Assembly (NCBI GenBank): GCA_040954595.2
Contig: CM082576.2
Location: 1,958,760-2,022,759 of the forward strand
DNA from: Balanoglossus misakiensis
Taxonomy: Eukaryota > Animalia > Hemichordata
DNA: 64,000 nt
Direction: 5' to 3'
The stretch's first letter is position 1. The number at the start of each line of letters is the position of its first letter. Of the stretch, positions 28,701-41,895 are shown in pieces. The notes beneath the pieces were generated by a model that was given only the letters and a program-made list of their open reading frames with translations, was not told the origin of the DNA and ran no database searches. A program made the position numbers and the translations under genes.

Positions 28701-31700
28701 AAAGAAATCTTTTAAAAGTACATTCACACATGGGCCAGGCAGCTGTGGACCCATTTGCAGATCTTGCGGTGTTGGGTTCCAGTATATACTTGGCACATAG
28801 GGGCAACTTCGGTCTGAGCTAAGATTTCCCGTTCCGTCACGGCACCAAATTGGCAGCTGGTGAAGCAGCCATTGGAAAAATAATGAAAATTGCTCAAAAA
28901 GTGGTTTTTGATATCTTTCATTTTAACTATGTCTTGATTTTTGACAGTGTATGACCTACTTTGTCCGATTTCATGTCAGCACGACTCATATATGCTAATG
29001 AGCTTGAGTTAATTTGTACCAGTTGCGTGACACCACTACAACCTGCCCCTCTATTTAGTCATGACATTGCATTTAAACCCGTAACACGCAACCTGGCTTC
29101 ATATACAGCAGGGCTCCTAGCAACAAGGCAAAGCTGAAGTCTTGATAACTTCTCACAGAACACTTTTCACCTTGTACTTGAACCTCAACAGCCCAGCTCA
29201 CTGCGCAGCAGTCAAGGGTAACCTGGGATGTCTGAAATTACTCGCCAATGCCAAGGCGCCTCTGAATATGGAAAATAAGAATGGCAACCATCCGATGCAT
29301 GAAGCCATCCACAAGGGTCACAAAGGTGAGTTTCAAATCCCAACCTTCACTCACAGTCCTGCTATAGGGACTCTGGTGCACTCAATCCAGAGTGATATGC
29401 CTTAGTCTTTTTATGTCATGTTCTCTAACCGTTGTGTTTCGTTATTTTGCTCACAAAAAGGTTAACAAGTCAGTGTTATCCAGAAAAACTGAAATCACAT
29501 CCTCCATTAGTTTATTAGTGATCTGCAGGTACATCTGAATTACTAATTACCATAAGTATGCATTGTGTCTGCATTTGAGGTGCATCTGGACTTTTTAATT
29601 AAGAAGAAGTTTACAACAATTGGATAAATATGTACAGACTCCCTTGTGCACTTACACCCCTCCCAGATTACAAAGTGTGACATTCTTTGGTGGCGTAGAA
29701 ACCCAACTAGACAAAGAAATGTCCAAATAGAATTGTTGTCCAGAGAGAAATTGTCTTTACCGTCTTTACTCTAAATTTACCATTAACGAATCTTCCCATA
29801 AAGGGAGTACTAGTTACCCTTTTTCATTCGTTTTTATATTCATAGTGCCATATTTCAGAGGTTTCATTAATATGAGATGCTTTTTAGTTCTCAGAATACA
29901 TGAAATTTTATGGCGGGTACTATGGTTACGGTGACATATATGCACAAATTTGCTGTAAATAGTAAACTCTGTGGGAGTTTTATTTTTTCCACTAAACGCC
30001 AGTGGGAATTAGAAAGAGCTTACTGATGCCATGAAACTGTTCTTGAAAGTGTCCTTTATGGAGAAGGTTAATTAAGAAACCATGGGTTCGCAGTCATAAA
30101 CAGTCTCCAAATGATAGTCTTTGCTTTTGATGGGAATGGAATAATCAGAACTCTGTCATAAACATGCTGTAAAAGTCCGATTGGGTGCAGTTTATTGGTC
30201 CGCTGCTTGTGAAAGATAGATAGACCAGCTTCATAGTTCCTGCATTGTATAGATGGTATTGAATGCAGAAAATAATGGAGATGGGTCAGGTTCTCTTGAA
30301 CAATTAAAGGAGTAATGCCTGGAACTCAATAAAAACTCTAGTCATGAAATTTGATGTACAAGAAAAGATGGTCATTGCCCCATCATAGAACTTGTTTTCC
30401 TCTCTTCGTTAGATTTTTCTTTCTTTATATAAAATTAAAACAAGGAAAGTTACAAGTGGGTATATACCTCATTTTATTCTAACAAATTTTCTCGTCAGAT
30501 GTCGTGCAATATTTATTGGAGTTTGGATGTGATCCCAACTCGGCTAACAGAGCAGGAATGACTGCTCTCCACCAAGCAGCAGCTGCAAATAATGAAGCCA
30601 TCTGTAAAATGCTGGTCGATGCTGGAGCTCACATCAACATTCTCATGAAAGGCGAGGAGGTGAGTTCAACTTGTGTTTTGGAGTGAAGATTCAAGTGTAG
30701 CCACCAGGGGAGATTTACGACAAAGATACCTATCATTGTGCTGTTCAGTGTTGAAAGAAGGTTTTATTTTGATTTGTTGATAAAAGTATCCGTAAACTTG
30801 TGTCTCTAATTCCAAGGTGTGCCAGCTTCATTTACAGTACCTGTGATTTATATAACCAGTGACTAGACCAGAACAGAATTGGATGCATTTTTTTGCAAAA
30901 GTAATTGCCCCCAAAGTTACAGGCACATGAGCTGTAACTCTCTGATATTTGTGGATCTCAAAATATCTTCTAATTTTCTCAATTATACAATGAAGAAGTA
31001 TGTGACTGTGTCGCAACATATAGTCATACAGTTATTCATGCTTTGTATATTTTGACTCTACAGTTCAAGTACATAACGCCACTGGATTCAGCCATGGAGA
31101 AAGGAAATCGGGATGCATTGGAATATTTAAAAAGTGTGGGTGCCAAAAGGGCATCGACCGTTACCAACGATGCTGCCATCATCATAGGCAGGAACTACCG
31201 TCGCCATCAGAAACCCAAACAGGCAGGGGCAACAGAGAATGGGGAGACAACAGAAGAGAACCCGGAAAACACCAAGGACAATGATCAGGGAGAGAAAACA
31301 CTCTTTGAGAAGGTGGATGTTAAAAAACAAACTCACCGGGCAAATAAAGTGTCGCCCAGAAATAAAGCAGAACAGCAAAAGAAAAGTGAACAAAATAGTG
31401 AGGAGTCATCAGTTGCCATTACAGAAATCAGTGAAATGAGAGAAGACGAAGAAACTGAGAACAAGAAAGATGTGGACAAAAGTGCAAGGAAAAAGAAGAG
31501 TCCGTATCTCGCTCCTCAGCCGTGGCTGGACAAGAAGTCGGTCAGATCTGCACAGAGAGGGAATACATACAGGAGAGGACAAAATCCCAAAGACATTCAG
31601 GAAAATGGTGTGAAAAATGGGGAAGACAGTGAGCACAACCAGGGAAGTAATGCCGGAACCCCACGAACCGTCGGCACCCCAAGGAGTACTCCGAGAGGTT

Positions 31701-34700
31701 GGACTCGAATGACCAGAAGCGCCGGACCAAGGCGGATAGGAACAGGGAATAGTCCGAGGAGTGTCTCTGGTGATTCCACTGGAAGAGAAGAGAGGCAAAA
31801 GGCCCTCATTCAAATTTATCACCAACAGAACCCTAGAAACAGTAGACCCAATAGTCAGCCACAGATGCCCGTAGATCCTGTATTAATAGCAAACGGTATC
31901 CAAGAGAAGATATCAGACTGGGATAGATACTTAGAAGGTATTTATATATTTTTTATACTTATTTTTGTATTGAAATAGCAATAAATAAGGGAGAGTTAAT
32001 TGTTTTTATAGAGTATATGGTACTTCAAATTACCCAGCAGTACATTTGTATTGTCTCATGAATATAGAATACACTTGAAATGTCACTAGATATTTGTTTA
32101 TCACTGAAACCTAGATCTAGATCCTTGAGAATGAGTCAAATAGATCTTGAGAAGAACATGTATGCAAAGTTATGTATTTACAGTGTAAATACATGTTGTG
32201 ACAGACATGTCAAAATATTTTGCCCATTCTCCTTTAAACAGAAGAGTTGTCATTTCTGGATGAGATCATCAAGAGTAATCACCCAGTCCTTGATGAAATC
32301 CACGAAGAATCTGTACGATACAAAGCCGAGTTGTCCAGACACCTTAATGAACTCAAGCGCCGGGTGGATCACAACACCAAACAGTTGGATAAAATGCTCA
32401 AAAAAGAAGCAGTAAGATTCATTATTTATCGTTATTCTGGAACCCTTGTTCTGCCAGTTGTCGCTTGGAAATTTGATGTGCATTTCACATGATGATCTTT
32501 GCCACCTGTGTCAGTTATCTGAAAGATTTATTTTTATCTTTGAAGGAAAAAGACAAAGAAAACAATGATAAGGTGGAGCAGGAAATGCAGGAAGGACTTG
32601 AAAAAGCAGATGAAGCATTCAAGGTGAGATGGCAATTTTATAGAACTATCTGGTATTTTTTCTCCAATTTAATTGTATACCGGTATGTCGCTAAACTTGA
32701 TGTTTGTTTATTAAAAGCAAATCAATAAATGATAGAATGTTAACTGAAAGCCTTTTCACAGTCTGTAACTATATTTTTGTCCAACTGGAACTGAGACTGT
32801 TTTCATTATTCATATTAAAATTAATTTGACAGAGAGTTGCATCAGGAGCTAAAGATTCTGCAGTCACAAGTCAACAGAAGAACGACCAACAAGAAGATGA
32901 ACTGAATAGAGTGTCAGTTGGGAAAAGACCAACGCTGGAACAATGGTTACGTTATAAAACCATGGACTATGATTCGTCACCAGGCGCCGATCAAGAGGAA
33001 GAGAATGAGTATGAGTAAGTACATAAATTGGGATCAGACTAGCCTTATGCTGACATTTGAAATCCTCTTGATATGAGGGTAATCTCCGGGCCTTTACTGG
33101 CCAATCATACATGTACTTGCAGGGTTTATGCACTCCCGGAAAGAGAGGGAGAGTAAAAGTCTTCAAACTAATTGAACAGGTGTTTATTGTCCATTCAATT
33201 AATTCATGACGCTTGCTGAATGGTTGTGATGCAAGTCTGAGTTGTTATTGTTGTTGTTAATTACTTCTGGTGTCTCATTCACAAACATGAGTGTCAGGTG
33301 TGTTTACACCTCTTGGTTGCATTCAAGTGAAAACAAACTCCAATCACTTAACTGGAAACTGTTATGTTGACATGCTAAAGCACTGTTTACAGCCGTGGTG
33401 TAAACACTGACAAGTCTCAATTATGAAGCCCTTTCAGAATTTTTGGTTTGTTAGTAGTATCTGAATCCTAAATTTCCATGGAGACTAACACTGTGTCTTG
33501 ATTGTCAGGGATGTTGATATCGATGAGCTTAGAAGATCCAAACATGCTGAGTGGGTCAAGAAGAAGAATGAACAGTACGCCAAAAAGAGGCAATCAGTCC
33601 GTCCGAACAATGTCAGATTTTACAAAGTGAAGCCTGTCAAGTTGACCAGACCGGCAACAGCATTCAAAAAAGAAAGTGAGTTACCTACATGTTGCTGAAT
33701 GCAACTCTTACTTTTGTTATTTGTGTGAATGTATTTCTCAAGATTATGTATTGCTCTGCTGTGCTGAACATTTTCCCAGTACAGACACAAGTTTTCATAT
33801 ATAGGCTTATCTTTTCATCACTGTCAAGATGTTTCAAGTTGGATCAGAACCCTACAGAAGCATTAAGTCAGAGAAGGGAACAGTTTGATTTTGTTGAAAG
33901 TCAGTCTCTTAAGTTTAATTGTGTCATTTCAGAAATGAAGCCTGAATGGAGACCATTATCTGTCCAACAACAACGAACACCATCGGCACCACCACCAGCA
34001 ACTCCTCCACACTATACCAAATCACCATTCAGTCATCGCACAACAAAGGAGTGTCCACAGTATAAGAAGACACAGATGCCAAACAATTCAATGTTTCCAG
34101 GAAAATACAGCAATGCCCAAGTGAGGCTGATGAGAGGAAGTGAGTATACCACTTTGGATGGAGGGGTGCACAGGTGTCAGTGTAGTCTCAGAGGGACAGG
34201 ATGTGTTAATTTTCACTCAAATGCATACATTAACCCAAAAAGTAGTATGGTACTACTAGTAGAGTGTATGCAGATCTCAGATGTGTCATGTTGTGCTGTA
34301 GGTGAATATGTTAACTTCCCGTTTCTCACAGCAAAGTTACTTGCGCATTTTAAATATTTGAATTTTTAATCTAGTACAGATATTGAAGTGTGTTAACTGT
34401 TAAATAAAACTTTTATACAGATTCCCCAAACTCCATTGATGGGAGACCGTCAAGTAGCAGTGCCACTCAGGAAGAAACCTACGACTTGAGAGCATCTTTT
34501 GATAGTAAGTATTCATCATTTTTTGGAATAAATCAGTGTCTGTCTGTCTGTCTGTCTTTCTCTGTCTCTCAGTTTGCCTGCATCAACATGTATGAATACT
34601 TTCAGTCCATTTTCAATTGTGTGTGTACATGCACTTTTCACAGGCAATGATGGTGGTAAGGGCAGAAGTGGCATGAATGGCCTTGTTTCGGTGTCACATC

Positions 34701-34855
34701 AGCCACAAGGCCAGCAGACAAAAGGGCGGATTCGACCGAGAGGCAAGAAACCATTCCCACAGGGTAATGGAGCACGTGTTGTAACAGCCAGACATTCCTC
34801 AGTTTCATCTGATGGCATCAGTGGAGAAACATCGACTTCCGTCGAAGTTTCATAG
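13740..34855 (+). CDS. Inversin-like ankyrin-repeat protein (N-terminal ankyrin array, degenerate IQ motif, low-complexity/coiled-coil C-terminus), ~1286 aa, 16 exons
   Basis: Exons 13740-14162, 22714-22907, 24088-24307, 25780-26032, 26246-26548, 27313-27511, 29192-29325, 30499-30659, 31064-31937, 32242-32411, 32546-32623, 32833-33014, 33509-33675, 33933-34139, 34421-34504, 34644-34855; phases consistent, 3861 nt. Repeated GRTALHWA / GHTALHLA / GCTPLFYA ankyrin motifs, followed by AAIIIGRNYRRH. Orthology to INVS is not established. Confidence 0.88.
20041..28405. promoter_or_regulatory. Cluster of RFX X-box motifs in introns of the ankyrin gene
   Basis: ATTGCCATGGCAAC 20103-20116, GTTTCCATGGTGAC 20793-20806, GTTGCTAGGTAAC 21455-21467, GTTGCCTTGGTAAC 26872-26885, GTTGCTATAGTAAAC 28391-28405, plus several half-sites (e.g. 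CCATAGCAAC ~20045, CCATGGCAAC ~26741). Confidence 0.6.

Positions 34856-34856
<1 letters not shown>

Positions 34857-34889
<33 letters not shown>
34857..34889. repeat. (CA)n microsatellite just after the ankyrin-gene stop codon
   Basis: Direct reading of the CA run. Confidence 0.95.
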
Positions 34890-34890
<1 letters not shown>

Positions 34891-37211
34891 TTAAGTGTAC
34901 ATTAGAACATTTCTCACAAAATCACAGAACAGCTTGGTCCTGAAATATGATTTATCACTGTGAACATTGTGTGCATGAGGGAGATATTTGGTGTTTCATT
35001 TGAGGAGAGTTCAATACCACTGAGGTTGAATTTCCCTATTTTGAGATCTGCAGCAGCTATTTCTCTGAGGATTATATTTATACAGTGGTCTACCCAAAAA
35101 TTATGATATGCAACAGTTTCATAGTTCACATAATTATTTTATTATTTTTAATGAAAATTTGGAGAGAAAGTGGCACATCATTTCCCAATCAGATGAATTC
35201 AACAACTTGTAGTACACTTAAACAGCGCCCCCAGTGTCAACCTCAGTCCAACCTAGGAGCTGCAAATGTCAGTGAATCGAAGTGTCAGATTAAGTAGTTT
35301 AAGCAAATCTCTCGTGGTTTAGCGGTTTTCAGAGGCACAATACAAGTGGTTCCCTTTCATCAGGTTAAAAATCAAAATATATGTTCAATAAATTATGTTT
35401 GAATTGGGCACAGTTCAGGACAAGGTTCCGTAACACTAGACATAATTTCTAGCAGTTTTGGTAGTCATGCAAATATGACAAATTACAATGAATTCAAATT
35501 TCCTTTTAATGCTGCATTGGTTGTTTTGTTTTTGTTGGAGGTGCGAATTTGGCTGAGTGGTTTTGTGTCGACTTTTTTGCTGTGTGGATTGGTATGGTAG
35601 GTCCGAGTTCAATTACCACAGAATACAAGTTGACTTTCACAAACTTTCAAAAATTACACGTAGATTTGTCAGATGTAAAAATACTTTCTGTTGTATTATC
35701 TGAAGACAAACTGAAACATTAATTCTGTTGTGTTTTAATAATTAAACATATCACTTTGTGACTTGAGTAATATTTCAGGTGATGTATAAAATAATAATGA
35801 AATTTACATGGAAATGTTGCCTTACATAAATATTTCAATGAAAAGTAAACCTGTACATAACAGAAACTTTCTTAAGTAGACCTGTATATACTGATATTAT
35901 TGAAGTAAATCATGGTATACTGGATTCTATATTGATGATGTCAGCTGTTTAGAAAGCTACTCATTGAGTGCCATTCCTGAATTTCCAGACAAAAAGTCTG
36001 ATAAACTGTAAATTTGTACTTCCGAGAAGTATCATGAGCCCTTGAACAACTGTGTGTGGGTCTCATCAAAGAGCAGCCTTTTTGAGGTTCCAAGTATTAC
36101 AATATTATATTTAATACCACTACTCCGTCTGATATATTCACTTTGTAGTGAAGTTTCTTGGGAGTAGAGTATGTCGGATTTAACCTCACCCCTTAATCCA
36201 GCAATATAACATCACAAGAGAGGGGTTTTGCATTTATGTGTGCTTTGTATATAGGGATATATCTTCATAAATTTTCTTAAAATTCCAAATCTACTTGCAT
36301 GTGTGTACTTACCTCGAGGTAACCACTCAGCCAAGATGGGAAATACATCATTGAAATTTTCACAGCTGTAGTCTCCAGATGTAGTCATGAAGTTTTGTTT
36401 TCTTTGTGTGCCGTGCTATTATGTGTAGTTTATTGTCAATGCATAAGTTGCTTTAGAGGATACAGTCTGCAATGTCCTTTAGTTTATAACAGAAACTAGC
36501 ATAGCAGTGTACAGTACAGCGAGATTATGCAAGTCCGAAGGCACATGTCTGAGACAAGCATTCCCATAACTTACTTTCAGCGAATGTCTATAAAACCAAT
36601 AAACAGAGTATATTTTAGAGTAGGCTGGAATTTTATAGTATTTATTCTGATCTGAGAGATCACACACAAACAGCTGTTGTAAATATTAGGCAGAATTTGG
36701 ACCATTTCTGAGACTAATATTGAATGAGTTGAGTGTATATATTTGAACACTACTTTTGTCACATATTTTAAGTTTTCTTCAAATTATTTATTTTAAGTGA
36801 AGATTTAGTGAATCATGTCATGAATCTGTAATTATGCATTGTTGAGTTCATGTTTGATGATGTGAAGACGTTAGTGTTGGTTCTGACTGACTCCCTTTGA
36901 ATTCTCACTGTAAAATTATTCGAAAACAATTAAAAAACGTTTTATGATCTGAACATATGTTGTTTATTTCCAAAACATTCCACATCCAAAAGCTTAATAG
37001 TTCAGCAAGCGTAATTCAATTTCTGTTTTGTACCTTTGTGTGTAGAATTTTGATGAATTCCAAAACAAAGATGAGCATTTTTCTCCCTGTGGTTATCATA
37101 GTCTGAAGTGACACACCATAAGGTGTAAGACTAAAATCAAAATGCAGATAAAGTTAATTGGGCAAGGAGTCCATGATGGTGGGAAAGATGCTTCTGTTGG
37201 CTGGTTGAATC

Positions 37212-39683
37212 CTATTTTTCAACTTTTCCACTGAACTGAATGACTGCAAAGTTTCCACTGATCATCCAGTCCCTGTGTTCCTTCTGTACAGCTTCTGCTT
37301 GTCCTTCTTCTAAGCCAGCCACAACATCAGCCTTGAGGGCCCTCAATGCACAGTGAGGCGCTGGGTGAAAACCTCTCAGTGTGACCTCATATGGAGTGGT
37401 GGATTTCCAGTTGAGATCTCCAACCAGTTTGCGATAGTTCAAGTCCCCTTTGAAGAAACACAAGGCAGATTCATTCAGATCTTCGTACAAGTCTGGGGCC
37501 ACTGATTTCATTTTGCTGAAGTCATAATGTGTCGTCCAGAAAGCATGTCCTTTGGCGATCCAGGATCCATCCTGCAAACGCTTTTGCCAGCATTTGCCCA
37601 ACTGGCTCACAACTGCCTGAGGATCTTCGGCCATTGTCTGCAAGGTCCATGTGAAGTCAGATGAGGTCACATCAGACACAAACCAAGGCATGGCTTTATA
37701 ATGCAAATGAACGACATCGGCAAGGGATGACCGCAACAGATATTCCATGAAGCAGAGATCACCGAAGAGTTCAAATCCGGCATTATCCAGAACAATATCA
37801 ACCCGGACTGGATTGACACTTTTCCTGGCATCTTGCAGAGTCTGCCAGAGGTTCTTAGTGTTGTCCACAAGGATCTTGGATCGCATCTCTTTGAGGTGGG
37901 CCAGGGGATCTACTTTTTGCGAATTTTCCACACCTGCAGAGATTGACAAATCACACTTGTTGCCCCACAGCGCAATCTAGAACAAAAGTAGAGAAAGGGC
38001 AAGAATATGTTATTGAACCAGGCAAGTGGGTACAGTTTTTACTCAACGTGTAGAATGTAACTTTATTACTGAGAGAAAATCTGCCCTGTGAAACATCTAG
38101 CTTTCATGTATAAACATTATCTATGATTGTGATTCATACACAAATGGTGTAGAAATGTAACAAATCTCCCTTGATCATGGATAACCATGTGTGTGTGTGT
38201 TGTGTAGAAAAGCACAAAATTATAGCATATGGCAGTGATGTTCTTGAGCACAAATTAGAGCGAATTAACGGCAATTCCAATATGAGTAGAATCCCACCTG
38301 AACAAATTCTGCAAATGCTTCATATGTAGCAGTCTTGCCATCTTTTGTGACATCATTCAGATAGTGAGTGAGAAGAGCCTCTGCATCACAGGATGTGAGG
38401 AACGCCTGTCTTTTTTGGCTGCCGAATTGATCAAAGTCTTTCAGCTTTGTGCTGTAAGGAAAAGTGGATGATATAGAAGCTTTAAAGAGATAAGAAATCT
38501 GAAAAATAATGGTGGCAAATAGTGCTATTATAGAGAAAATATATTTAATTATGATTGTCTTATGACTGTTGAATATTAAGTAGATTGTTTCACTCTAAAT
38601 GATAAATGCTAATCATAGGCAAAGTAAGGGTGTCAACCTCAATTAATGCTGTTGTAAATAGAACTAGATCATACGGGTACCTCAATCTGATGACATCATT
38701 GATTCTCCTATACATGTAACATTCTACCAGTAACCATGGTGACTTGAACCAACTTGGAAAATCACTGCCTAACTCTTGTTTTTCTCTCTCAATAAATTCA
38801 TTCCACATTGCCAGGTCTTCACGATCATCTTCCAGAGGCACCAAACTCTTGTCAGTCTGAATTTGATTTTTCAGCTCCGATAATTTACTGACAATAAATT
38901 TACAATCTTCCCGTCCATCCTGGGAAAATCAGACAAACAAAACTGAAGAAATTTGGAAACATCAAGATATTTTACAGTCACTGACCTATTCAAAGTAGCT
39001 GTGGTACGCAGCTGTACCGTTGGGGGTGTGTACCACAGCTATCTCAAAGTAGTCTTTCAAAAGACTAGCTGTCCTGAAAACTTTCTTGCACTTTTACTAT
39101 GATAAATGGAAATTACTCACCTCACCATATTGCTCAAATGCTTTGTTTTTATACTGGTACACTGTATCAACAACCTTGGTAAGAATAGTTGGAAGACGGT
39201 CCTTTATGGTTGGATAGGCAAACTGGCTGTTGGAAAATGATTTGACACTACAGTGAGTGAACCGGTAAATGAATGAATGAATGAATGAATAAATAAATAA
39301 ATAAATAAACAAACAAACAAACAAACAAACAAATAAATAAATAAATAACATATCAACTTGAGTTGTAAGATGCATGGTTGCCAACATTTTTGTTGGCCTT
39401 TAATAAGTTTCAGCATGACATGATCTCACTTTGCAAAAATTGACGTCGTCATGGATGCTGCAATGCATACAGGGGTGTACTGTACTTCCGGGGTGTACTC
39501 GGTTTCAGTGCACTGTGCAGTAGCTCGTGACAGTCAACGATTTATACACTATGCATGCTGTTTTATACATCCGTGTGCCGCCCACGATCACTCCATACAT
39601 GAGTGGAGTGACATTGACACGACTTACTCTCGATACTTCGCAGACAGCGCTTCAGGAAGTTTCATCTCCCCCTCCATATTCAT
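37212..39683 (-). CDS. ARMT1: Damage-control phosphatase ARMT1 (DUF89 family), 439 aa, 5 exons
   Basis: Exons 39683-39628, 39226-39121, 38919-38681, 38451-38298, 37976-37212; 1320 nt in frame. Motifs FAYPTIKDRLPTILTK, SPWLLVECYMYRRI, LWGNKCDLS, DIVLDNAGFEL, PWFVSDVT, FKGDLNYRKL, LRALKADVVAGL. Confidence 0.96.
39268..39347. repeat. Compound tetranucleotide microsatellite (TGAA)n(TAAA)n(CAAA)n(TAAA)n in ARMT1 intron 1
   Basis: Direct reading. Confidence 0.9.
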
Positions 39684-39848
39684 CGTGGTCCGAGCTAAGC
39701 TGGCTCTAAGTGCAACGTCACTAAGTTGACCTTTCTTATGACCTAACCAGTGAGGGCGCACTGAGTCAGCTGTTGCGTCTGCCATGCTGGATAAGGGAAG
39801 GGGTGTGGAGCTCGAAATGATGCGATATACTTATTAAATGGTGTCAAG
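39684..39848. promoter_or_regulatory. Compact bidirectional promoter between ARMT1 and NAA80
   Basis: Only 165 bp between the two start codons. Contains AP-1/ARE-type TGAGTCAGC (39762-39770) and CTCF-like CAGTGAGGGCGCA (~39748-39760). Confidence 0.7.
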
Positions 39849-41216
39849 ATGGCAAAAGAATTGAGTGTGTATGCTCTACATAAAAGACCAGACTTGAAAG
39901 ACAATTGTGCCGATTTACTGAACAGTGAATGGTCACGAAGCAAAACTGCAAGGTAAAAGTTTGATATCCGCACGGCTGCACTACAGCACGTCCCTCCTTG
40001 CGATAAATTTACTGCAGTTTGTGTTATTATCAGTTGGCATGAACAGTGGTCTGCTTCTTATTTAGCCTCACATATTGTTTGCTGTGAAGTTCCTGTGATA
40101 GCGTCAAAATATTGTTGTGCACTCCAACTGGTACATCATCATCATCATCATCATCATCATACCTCCACACCACCATCATCATCATCATGCTGAATTATTG
40201 GACAATTGGATGTAAAACTGACATCTTAACTCTCAGTGTTATGGTGATGAAAACATCTCTTTCATTCAGACTCCACACACTAGACAAATCCACAGATGAC
40301 CTCCCATATTCTCTTGTGATGGTTGAAAGAGACGCCAGTGGCCATGAGCAAGTTTTGGGCCACAGCAGACTTTGTAAGGTTATTGGTGAGAGCAATGCTG
40401 TTCTGGTGGAGTCGGGTAAGTTGATCTAAACTGAATTAGAACCAGGTGCACTGAATTGCTATCCCCTGGTAATAGCCAACTCATATGTACCCTGTAATAG
40501 CAACAATTCTGCATAACCTATGTAGTATATTCCTCTTGGTATTTAACCAGTGGTTGTTGACAAATCCAGAAGAGGACAAGGTCTGGGGCGGAGGCTCATG
40601 CAATTTACAGAACAGCATGCTGCAGACACAAGACATGAAGTCATGTATCTGTGCACTAAGGATAAACAAGATTTTTATGAACACATAGGATATGTTTATT
40701 GCAAGCCAGTTAACACAATGGGTGCTCAGGTAGGCGGGTTTTCTGTTCATATAGCTGTTTGGAAAATTGTCTGTTGAGAGACACAGAACATGTAGATGTG
40801 GTTACATTGGTTTTAAAAAGGTGCCAACACTGACTGAAGTAAAGGTCTTGTCTTGCAAATTATCATACTTTTGTGGCTGCAAAACAATGCCATTTATATT
40901 TAATAAAACAAATCATGGTGATCACCTTTATTTTTTTATATTTTATGTCTGACAGATGTTAGAGACGTGTGACTGTCCAATGCCAGGACCAGACAACAAT
41001 CTCACTTGCCAACAAGATTGCAAAAGTTCACCATGTCAGGGAAAGCAAGATACGTCATCCTGTGCTCCCAGCAGCTGTCAAGCCATCAGTGATTCTTGTT
41101 GTTCTCCCTCTCAATGTGCCCCTCCACCACCTCCCCTTCCCCCTCCTCTCAAGTCAATTGAAGCCCCATCATATACTATACACTGGTTAAAGAAAGCCAT
41201 CAAGGACTTCAGATGA
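39849..41216 (+). CDS. NAA80: N-alpha-acetyltransferase 80 (actin N-terminal acetyltransferase, GNAT), 229 aa, 4 exons
   Basis: Exons 39849-39952, 40270-40415, 40551-40729, 40956-41216. Motifs LHKRPDLKDNCADLLNSEWSRSKTARLHTL, VLGHSRL, VESVVVDKSRRGQGLGRRLM (acetyl-CoA binding), YLCTKDKQDFYEHIGY, a polyproline tract and terminal WLKK. Confidence 0.93.
40134..40188. repeat. (CAT)n microsatellite in NAA80 intron 1
   Basis: Direct reading; interrupted CAT repeats. Confidence 0.85.
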
Positions 41217-41895
41217 AGTTCAAGAATTTCGACAATGTCGACGACAACAAATGTACGGTGCTATGCAAGACGTCATATGTTTAAGCAATAACCCCTACCG
41301 CTAGTCAAAATGTCTGAATACATGTAATTGCTCTGCTATTTAGTGATCAGTAGAATGCATAGTGTTGCATTTGGCTGAAATACCCTATTAGAGTAGTGTT
41401 CTGTAATGTCAACAACTTATCATCTTTGTGATAGATAATCTAAATCTGTGTGCCTTTTGTTCTCTGATAAAGCTGTGCATGCAAAGGTTGCTAATTATAG
41501 GAAATTATAATGAGCAATGCTTCTTGCTGGTCTGAGAGATGCCAGTTCCATAATGGCATCGTCATTCAGGACATTAATGAGACAATGTAAGTCGGCATTC
41601 ATTGAAATCCATTTATTCAAGTAAAATAACATTCAAAATAAATATAGAAGCAAACAAAAAACAGCTAGGGAAAAGAATGCCTAGTCATTTGCTGTTTCAA
41701 ACAGTACATACATACCATGTTATCATTCAGTCATTCACAATTACAAGGTATTAAGAAGATCAAGGTTGCTGCAAAGAAAATATTCCTGAAGACCTCGACA
41801 GAAGCTCCTCTTCATTGTGAATATATATTAAAAACCAATTATGGATTCTGTAAATTAATTATTATATAGCATGTCACCCAGAAAATGCCAGCAAT

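Noticed and set aside
28720-29020. Scattered transposon-like fragments (also ~1250-1460, ~7700-7770, ~27550-27690, ~47900-48130)
   Set aside because: Composition suggests repeat remnants, but no termini or second copies are identifiable without a repeat library.
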